From: Jimgerdemannia flammicorona
Taxonomy: Eukaryota
Length of the DNA: 42,279 nucleotides
Reading direction: 5' to 3'
Assembly (NCBI GenBank): GCA_003990765.1
Contig: RBNJ01000093.1
Coordinates: forward strand, 1 to 42,279
The translations under genes and the position numbers were made by a program. Positions 36,600 through 42,279 of the stretch are shown here, in pieces (the stretch's first letter is position 1; every line of letters begins with the position of its first letter). The notes under the pieces were generated by a model, which did no database searches, was not told where the DNA came from, and saw only the letters and a program-made list of their open reading frames with translations.

Positions 36600-36958
36600 A
36601 CAGACCTGCATCATTTGAGTGCACCATTTAGAGATTGTGTACCCAAATAGTGTTTAGCCTTAAATCAATTATCCCTTTGCTGAATTCCCTTTCAAGCCAG
36701 CTAGTTTCACAATTTTGGCCTTAAATCAATAGAGAATTTAGTGAAGGGAAACTTGACAAGATTAGTAAAAAGAAACTTTATAAGATCAGTAAATCTTCAT
36801 AAAGCTTTACCATTTGGGTGCACCATTTGGGGATTGTGTGCCCAAATAGTATTTGGCCTTAAATTGATTACCAAAATTGTTCCCCCCAGCCAGTTTCACA
36901 ATTTTGGCCTTAAATTGATAGAGAACTTGATGAAGGAGAACTCGGCAAGATCAGTAAA
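36600..36958 (-). repeat. Inverted copy of the 32190-34075 array
   Basis: CCAGTTTCACAATTTTGGCCTTAAAT and TTTGGCCTTAAATTGATTACCAAAATTGTTCC are reverse complements of the array unit. Confidence 0.9.
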
Positions 36959-37070
36959 AGAGTGCTTTGGTTTGGTCTAATTCACTGGTCTGCTATAAAA
37001 ATTAGAGTATTCATCTAAAGTTATTGTGATAGCGAAACCTTTGCTGTAACAGTGAAACCTTTGAAATCTT

Positions 37071-37931
37071 GTGGCTGAAGTACAGTTTAATGTAACTGAG
37101 GTTATTTGTGACCAAGGGTTTATAAAAAAAAAATTACCAAATAGACAAAACTTGACAATTATTGTCAATAACCAAAAGATGAGTATTTTACATACCCAGT
37201 TCAAACTTTCACCCAAAATTCTAAACCACATTTATGAAATACAAACTTTCCTTATCAAATCAACATTGAAAGAAGTATGAATCACCCTTAATGAAGGAAT
37301 ATTTTGTATACCAAAAACTGGAGTCACCTCTCCACTATCTTTAGCTAGCAATGAGAATACCTCTGATGATGATGAACATACTTGGATGAAGTGAAAAGCC
37401 AAAGCTAGTGCCATATGAAATGCTGAAATATACTACAATCAATGAGCCCAGAAGAAAGCTTCAAAATTATTTACCACCCTACAGCAAGGCCAAAAAACAA
37501 TCAAACAAAAAGCTGAAGAGGATATTGAATAAGCTCTGAAAAAAGCCAAAGATACCAAAATACCTGAACAAATCAGTGCAGCCCTATGTAAAGCCCAAGA
37601 AGCAGTTATAGTACAACCTTCAGAACCTATTGGATTATATAGATTTATACCTCCAGGCTACCAATATTACTGCTGAAGACATACTCAAAAATTATCACAT
37701 TTTCAGAAAAGTCTTATACTGGGATGAACATAAACAGAGACAGGAAGAAACAGATTTAGGATGAGAGTGAGCCATTGCTAAACTAGTCCAATTGGTATTA
37801 TCTCATCTTAAGACTATATAGGTGAATAAGTATTTCGAGATGCACACAAAATATATAATATATATTACTACCCAGCTGACCTCAAATCAATTACAAAATA
37901 TTTACAGAATAATGAAAACTGATTTGGTTAA
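37071..37931 (+). pseudogene. Intronless orphan ORF (~285 codons), function unknown
   Basis: One frame continues beyond track ORF 37071-37280 with only TGA/TAA stops (CGA/CAA decay); followed by an A-run. No recognised domain. Confidence 0.5.
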
Positions 37932-38139
37932 TATAAAAAAAAAATGTATTCCAATGTGCAATATGTAAATAATCTATCCCATTATGCCCACTATATATAC
38001 TATAAATATTGTAAACAATATGTAATTATAATAAAAATTATATAATAAATAAACTTATGATGATAGATAATTTGGTAAATTGGCTCCACAGTAACAATAA
38101 ATAATTAGCAAGCTGATTCAACAAGGCTATGGTTCTGTA

Positions 38140-41100
38140 GACTAAACTAAAGCAGCAGAGCAGACCAAACTGAAGCAGTAAAGTAGATCAAACCAAAGTA
38201 GTAAAGCAGACCCCATCACGTAAGAGAGGTGAGACTGCTGTGTAAGAGAGGCTGCCACATAAGAGAGATGAGGCTGCTGCATAAGAGAAATGAGGCTGCC
38301 ACATAAGAGAAATGAGGCTGCCATGTAAGAGAAATGAGGCTGCCACATATGTAAGAGAGATAGGGCCACTACATAAGAGAGATGGACTGCTACATAAGAG
38401 AGAACTGCCATATAAGAGAGAATGGGGCTGATACATAAGAGAGAATGGAGCCACCATGTAGAGAGAATGGGGCCACAGGTACCTGATTTGAAAAAATGAG
38501 TGGCAAGGTGTTTCCAATGCTCATTTCTAATGCCTCACCACTCATTTTTTCAAATCAGATAAAATCTATACTTTGCAGTTTTTTCAATGCTCATTTCTGG
38601 AGGGTGGTACTTATATACTTGCTCATTATGCAGATAATAGCTGTTGGAAATGAGCACCAGAAACATACAAGCATAACTCTCCAAAAGACTGCAAAATATT
38701 GAATTTATATACCTGACTTGAATAAGCAGTGAAAGAGCATGACAGTACTGCCAAAACTGAAGTAGCGAAGCAGACCAAACTGAAGCAGTGAAGTAGACCA
38801 AACTGAAGCAGCGAAGCAGACCAAACTGAAGCAGTGAAGCAGATCAAACTGAAGCAGCAAAGCAGATCAAACTAAAGCAGTGAAGCAACCAAACTGAAGC
38901 AGCAAAGCAGACCAAACTGGGTGAGGCAAGGAGGCAAGGCATAGAAGGAGAGGGGAGTTATTGAAATGAGTGAAACCCAGCAGTATAATGCAAGCCACTA
39001 GATGACATAATAGCTTATCATAATCTTTAAATGATATCATAACTAAGATATCACATGAAAGTATATAAACCTCTGTCAAATTGACTGAGGACAATGAGAA
39101 TGGCACCAATACTATAAAATCATCATACCATAATTATGCTGAAGAGAAGTATATGAAACACCTGTCAAATTGACTAGAGTTTTACCTCTGTCCACAATTT
39201 AGGCAGAATCTCACCATGGCTTTTATCAGATTGACTGAAGACGACAAGATGGTCATATAGCAATGTCAAATTAACTTTACTAACATTGATGATTGAACCC
39301 CTTTTTTTTAAAAAAAAAAAAAAAGAAATTAAGTACCTTATTATCATCTTTGCAGTATAAGAGAGATTAGGCTGCTATATAAGAGAGAATAGAGCTGCCA
39401 TGTAAGAGAGGTAAGGTTGCCACATAAGAGAGGTGAGGCTGCTGTGTAAGAGAGGCCACCACATAAGAGAAATGAGGCTACCACATAAGAGAAATGAGGC
39501 CGCCATGTAAGAGAAATGAGGCTGCTGCATAAGAGAGATGGGGCCACCACATAAGAGAGATGGGCCACTGGATAAGAGAGAACTATCACATAAGAGAGAA
39601 TGGGGCTGCCGAAACTGAAGCAGTGAAGCAGACCAAACCAAAGCAGCAAAGCAGATCAAACCAAAGCAGCAAAGCAGACCAAACTGAAGCAGTGAAGCAG
39701 ACCAAACCAAAGCAGCAAAGCAGACCAAACCAGGTGAGGCAAGGAGGCAAGGCATAGAAGGAGAGGGGAGACATTGAAATGAGTGAAACTCAGCAGTGTA
39801 ATGTAAGCCACTAGATGATATAATAGCTTATTAAAATCTTTGAATAATATCACAACTAAGATATCATATGAAAGTATATAAACCTCTGTCAAATTGACTG
39901 AGGATAATGAGAATGGCACCAATACCATAAAATCATCATACTATAATTATGCTGGAGAGAAGTATATGAAACATCTGTCAAATTGACTAAAGTTTCACCT
40001 CTATCTACAATTTAGACAGAATCTCACCATGGCTTCTGTCAGATTGACTGAAGATGACAAGATGGTCATATAGCAATATCAAATTGACTTTGATGATGTT
40101 GATGATTGAAACCTTTCAAAAAAAAAAAAACAAAGAGAGAAATTAAGTACCTTGCTATCATCTTTGCAGCATAAGAGAGATAAGGCTGCCACATAAGAGA
40201 GAATGGGGCCACCACGTAAGAGAGGTAAGGCTGCCATATAAGAGAGGCCATCATGTAAGAGAGATGAGGCTACTGTATAAGAGAAATGAGGCCACTGTAT
40301 AAGAGAAATGAGGCTGCCATATAAGAGAAATAAGGCTGCCGAAGAGAGATAGAGCTGCTGCATAAGAGAGAACTACCATATAAGAGAGAATGGGGCTACT
40401 GAAATCAAAGCAGTGAAGCAGATCAAACTGAAGCAATAAAGCAGACCAAACCAAAGCAGCGAAGCAGATCAAACCGAAGCAGCGAAGTAGACCAAACTGA
40501 AGCAGTGAAGCAGATCAAACCAAAGCAGCAAAGCAGACCAAACTGAAGCAGTCTGCTTCGCTGCTTTGGTTTGGTTGCTTTACTACTTTAGTTTGGTCTG
40601 CTTTGCTGCTTCAGTTTGATCTACTTTGCTGCTTCGGTTTCAGCAGCCCCATTCTCTTATGCGGCAGTTCTCTCTTATATAGTGGCCCATCTCTCTTATG
40701 TGGTGGCCCCATCTCTCTTATATGGCAGCCTCATTTCTCTTATGTAGTGGCCTCATTTCTCTTATGTAGCAGCCTCATTTCTCTTATACGGTAGCCTCAT
40801 CTCTCTTATGTAGTGGCCTCTCTTATGCGGCGGCCTCTCTTAAGCAGCAGCCTCACCTCTCTTATATGATGGCCCCATTCTCTCTTACATGGTGGCCTCA
40901 TCTCTCTTATGCTGCAAAGATGATAACAAGGTACTTATTTCTCTCTTTTTTTTTTTTTTTTAAAAAAAAAAAAAAGGGGTTTCAATCATCAATGTTGGCA
41001 AAGTTAATTTGATATTGCTATATGACCATCTTGTCATCTTCAGTCAATCTGACAGAAGCCATGGTGAGATTCTGCCTAAATTGTGGACAGAGGTAAAACT

Positions 41101-41635
41101 CCAGTCAATTTGACAAATATTTTATATACTTCTCTCCAGTATAATTATAATATGATGATTTTATGGTATTGGTGCCATTCTCATTATTCTCAGTCAATTT
41201 GACAGAGGTTTATATACTTTCATGTGATATCTTAGTTATCATGTCATTCAAAGATTGTGATAAGCTATTATGTCATCTAGTGGCTAGCATTATACTACTG
41301 AGTTTCACTCATTTCAATGTCTCCCCTCTCCTTCTATATCTTGCCTCCTTGCCTCACCCAGTTTGGTCTACTTCGCTGCTTCAGTTTGGTCTGCTTCACT
41401 GCTTCAGTTTGATCTACTTCGCTGCTTCAGTTTCGGCAGCCCTTATATGATAGTTCTCTCTTATACAGCAGCCTCTTATGTGGTGGCCTCTCTTATATGG
41501 TGGCCTCTCTTATGTGGTGGTCTCTCTTATGTAGCAGTCTCATCTCTCTTATGCAGCAGCCTCATTCTCTCTTATGCAGTGGCCTTATCTCTCTTATGCT
41601 GCAAAGATGATAACAAGGTACTTAATTTCTCTCTT

Positions 41636-41668
<33 letters not shown>

Positions 41669-42279
41669 GGTTTCAATCATCAATGTCAGCAAAGTCAATT
41701 TGACATTGCTATATGACCATCTTGTTATCTTCAGTCAATCTGACAGAAGCCATAGTGAGATTCTGCCTAAATTGTGGACAGAGGTGAAACTCCAGTCAAT
41801 TTGATAGGTATTTTATACACTTCTCTCCAGCATAATTATAGTATGATGATTTTATGATATTGGTGCCATTCTCATTATCCTCAGTCAATTTGACAGAGGT
41901 TTATATACTTTCATGTGATATCTTAGTTGTAATGTCATTCAAAGATTGTGATAAGCTATTATATCATCTAGTGGCTTGCATTACACTACTGGGTTTCACT
42001 CATTTCAATATCTTCCCTCTCCTTCTATGCCTTGCCTCCTTGCCTCACCCAGTTTGGTCTGCTTTGCTGCTTCAGTTTGGTCTGCTTTACTGCTTCAGTT
42101 TGATCTGCTTTGCTACTTCGGTTTGGTCTACTTCACTGCTTTAGTTTAATCTGCTTCACTACTTCGGTTTCGGTGGCCCCATTCTCTCTTATGTAGCAGC
42201 CTTATCTCTCTTATGCTGCAAAGATAATAGTAAGGTACTTAATTTCTCTCTTTGTTTTTTTTTTTTTAAAAAAAAAAAA
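38140..42279. repeat. Complex satellite: ~700-830-bp higher-order unit of a ~19-bp array (AAACTGAAGCAGCAAAGCAGACC), a ~430-bp core and a ~20-bp array (ATAAGAGAGATGAGGCTGCCAC); orientation flips at ~40551
   Basis: Cores at ~38920-39350 and ~39735-40165 (+), ~40915-41360 and ~41600-42050 (-), plus a partial one at the window end. Confidence 0.93.

Larger units (their letters stand above)
31612..36958 (-). mobile_element. Putative large IS630/Tc1-mariner-superfamily DNA transposon with internally repetitive inverted arms; ends uncertain
   Basis: Transposase pseudogene flanked by a tandem array (32190-34075) and its inverted copy (36600-36958); abruptly truncates the Gypsy integrase near 31610. 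Confidence 0.55.

Noticed and set aside
38142-42144. Many Leu/Ser/Cys-rich ORFs (LLQFGLL, YVAASLL)
   Set aside because: They are translations of stop-poor satellite units in several frames and on both strands.

Overview
Eukaryotic, gene-free region of nested, decayed transposons; the elements and short AT-rich introns suggest a fungus, possibly Glomeromycotina (inference). No intact host gene is visible, and nearly every element is disrupted by C>T/G>A transitions. Contents in order: (i) an old + strand Ty3/Gypsy element (gag-dUTPase-PR-RT-RH-IN, 1..~13490); (ii) inserted into it, a full-length minus-strand chromoviral Ty3/Gypsy element 'A' (429..10858, GAGAA TSD, ~2.06-kb LTRs, one gag-dUTPase-PR-RT-RH-IN-chromodomain frame); (iii) a gag remnant interrupted by a solo LTR-A (14378..18847), itself interrupted by a younger solo LTR 'B' (14598..17064); (iv) L1/Tx1-like LINEs, one full length with a 17-bp TSD (21741..27491); (v) the 3' half of a third Gypsy element 'C' (LTR 28717..30237, PPT, integrase); (vi) an intron-containing IS630/Tc1-like transposase pseudogene between inverted tandem arrays; (vii) an orphan pseudogene; (viii) a complex satellite mirrored at ~40551. 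Main observation: all three LTR families, which show no evident DNA similarity to each other, carry a sense ORF in U3 upstream of the TATA box. The three proteins align by eye over a ~130-aa N-terminal domain (Y[EQ]IGxxL ... Ax6Fx6IxxLx10LS), followed in A and B by an acidic tail. This looks like a conserved LTR-encoded accessory protein family.
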